A stretch of 64,000 bases of DNA from a virus (Duplodnaviria; Heunggongvirae; Uroviricota; Caudoviricetes), in IMG/VR virus record IMGVR_UViG_3300043467_001216, one strand, 5' to 3'. Positions 62,729 to 64,000 of the stretch are shown here, piece after piece. How positions within the stretch are numbered: the first letter of the stretch is position 1; every line of letters starts with the position of its first letter. The translations under genes were made by a program, and so were the position numbers. The notes under the pieces were generated by a model, which saw only the letters and a list, made by a program, of their open reading frames with translations, had not been told where the DNA came from and ran no database searches.

Positions 62729-64000
62729 ATGGAAAAACTAACAATCGTTACAGGTTTATGGGATATTGGTAGAGAACATTTAAATAATGATTGGTCTCGT
62801 AACTATAAACATTATTTAGATAAACTATCTGATTTATTAAAGATTGATGTTAACTTAATCATTTTTGGTGATGAGAACCTTCAACAGTTTGTCAATAAAA
62901 ACAGAGAAAATAGTAACACTCAATTTATTTTACGTAACACAGATTGGTTTAAAAACAATGATTATTACGATAAAATACAAAAAATAAGAAATAACCCTGA
63001 GTGGTCTAATCAAGTAAGTTGGTTAAAAGATTCTACACAATCCAAATTAGAGTTATATAATCCATTGGTGATGAGTAAAATGTTTTTACTTAATGACGCC
63101 AGAATTATGGATAAATTTAATTCTGATTATTTATTTTGGTTAGATGCCGGTATCACTAATACAGTTCATCCTGGATATTTTACTCACGATAAAGTATTAG
63201 AAAAATTACCTAAGTATTTAAAAAAATTCACATTTGTTGCGTTTCCGTATGACGCTGAAACAGAAATTCACGGATTTAATTATTCTGAAATTAACAAATA
63301 CGCAGGGAACAAAGTTGAGATAGTTGGTAGAGGTGGTTTTTTCGGTGGTCATAAAGACACAATATCAAATATCAATGGTGTTTATTATTCATTATTAAAT
63401 GAAACATTAAATAATGATTTGATGGGTACTGAAGAAAGTTTATTTTCAATTCTATTGTATAAACACCCTGAATTAACAAGCTTTTTTGAAATTGAAAAAA
63501 ATGGTTTAATAGGTACGTTTTTTGAAAATCTAAAGAATGATAATTTAGAATTAAAACAAACAGTTCAAGTAATTTCTAACTTATCAAATAGTGTAACACC
63601 TTCAATATCACCAATTACATATCAAACTGTAGTTAATGATAAGGTTGGTTTATACGTTATCGGATTTAATAGTCCAAATCAATTACAAACATTAATTGAT
63701 TCTATGTTAGAGTATGATAAAGATTTTATTGACAAACCAAGAAAAATATTATTAGATAACTCAACTGATTTAACAACAACACCTATTTATAGTGAGTTGT
63801 GTTCTAAATATGGTTTTGAACACATTAAAAAAGATAATTTAGGAATCTGTGGTGGTAGACAATGGATTGCCGAACATTTTGAAAAATCTGATTTAGAATA
63901 TATGTTCTTTTTTGAAGATGATATGTTCTTCTACCCTAAAAAAGGTGAAGTGTGTAGAAACGGGTTTAATCGTATGGTTGATAACCTATATGAGAAATCA
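62729..64000 (+). CDS. HtrL/YibB-like GT fused to a GT2-like domain (partial, runs off the window; not in ORF track)
   Basis: MEKLTIVTGLWDIGR...YNPLVMSKMFLL...YLFWLDAG...RGGFFGG...GTEESLF, then LLDNST...NLGICGGRQ...FFEDD. Confidence 0.8.
   Translation, partial: MEKLTIVTGLWDIGREHLNNDWSRNYKHYLDKLSDLLKIDVNLIIFGDENLQQFVNKNRENSNTQFILRNTDWFKNNDYYDKIQKIRNNPEWSNQVSWLKDSTQSKLELYNPLVMSKMFLLNDARIMDKFNSDYLFWLDAGITNTVHPGYFTHDKVLEKLPKYLKKFTFVAFPYDAETEIHGFNYSEINKYAGNKVEIVGRGGFFGGHKDTISNINGVYYSLLNETLNNDLMGTEESLFSILLYKHPELTSFFEIEKNGLIGTFFENLKNDNLELKQTVQVISNLSNSVTPSISPITYQTVVNDKVGLYVIGFNSPNQLQTLIDSMLEYDKDFIDKPRKILLDNSTDLTTTPIYSELCSKYGFEHIKKDNLGICGGRQWIAEHFEKSDLEYMFFFEDDMFFYPKKGEVCRNGFNRMVDNLYEKS

Noticed and set aside
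1-64000. Alternative genetic code (TAG/TGA reassignment seen in some huge phages)
   Set aside because: Core genes are intact in code 11, coding density is high, and the TAG stops at 26893 and 36980 abut the next start codons.

Overview
AT-rich (~30% GC), gene-dense 64-kb segment of a T4-like jumbo (huge) myophage in the standard genetic code. The host is very likely Bacteroidota (Flavobacteriia-like), based on a Flavobacterium-type bS21, no Shine-Dalgarno motifs, A-rich start contexts and a DUF4494-like gene. Left part (1-17.9 kb): ClpB-like ATPase fragment, probable internal head proteins, terminase, portal, ribosomal protein bS21, prohead protease, scaffold and major capsid protein. Middle (18-41.7 kb, minus strand): baseplate/spike-like genes, a gp55-like late sigma factor, and a large sugar-modification cluster (glycosyltransferases, duplicated methyltransferases, acetyltransferase, DegT aminotransferase, 2OG-Fe dioxygenase) mixed with PhoH, dUTPase, an exonuclease and a WYL protein. 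Right (41.7-64 kb, plus strand): four Thr/Pro-repeat proteins, ending in a 3,795-aa mucin-like protein with interspersed Cys-rich modules and a lectin tip. It is followed directly by a GT60-like polypeptide GlcNAc-transferase, a GT11 fucosyltransferase, a GT25 enzyme and two HtrL-like GTs. The best candidate for an undescribed system is this phage-encoded mucin-type O-glycosylation locus (substrate, initiating enzyme and extending enzymes side by side). All family calls come from motif recognition by eye; no database search was run.
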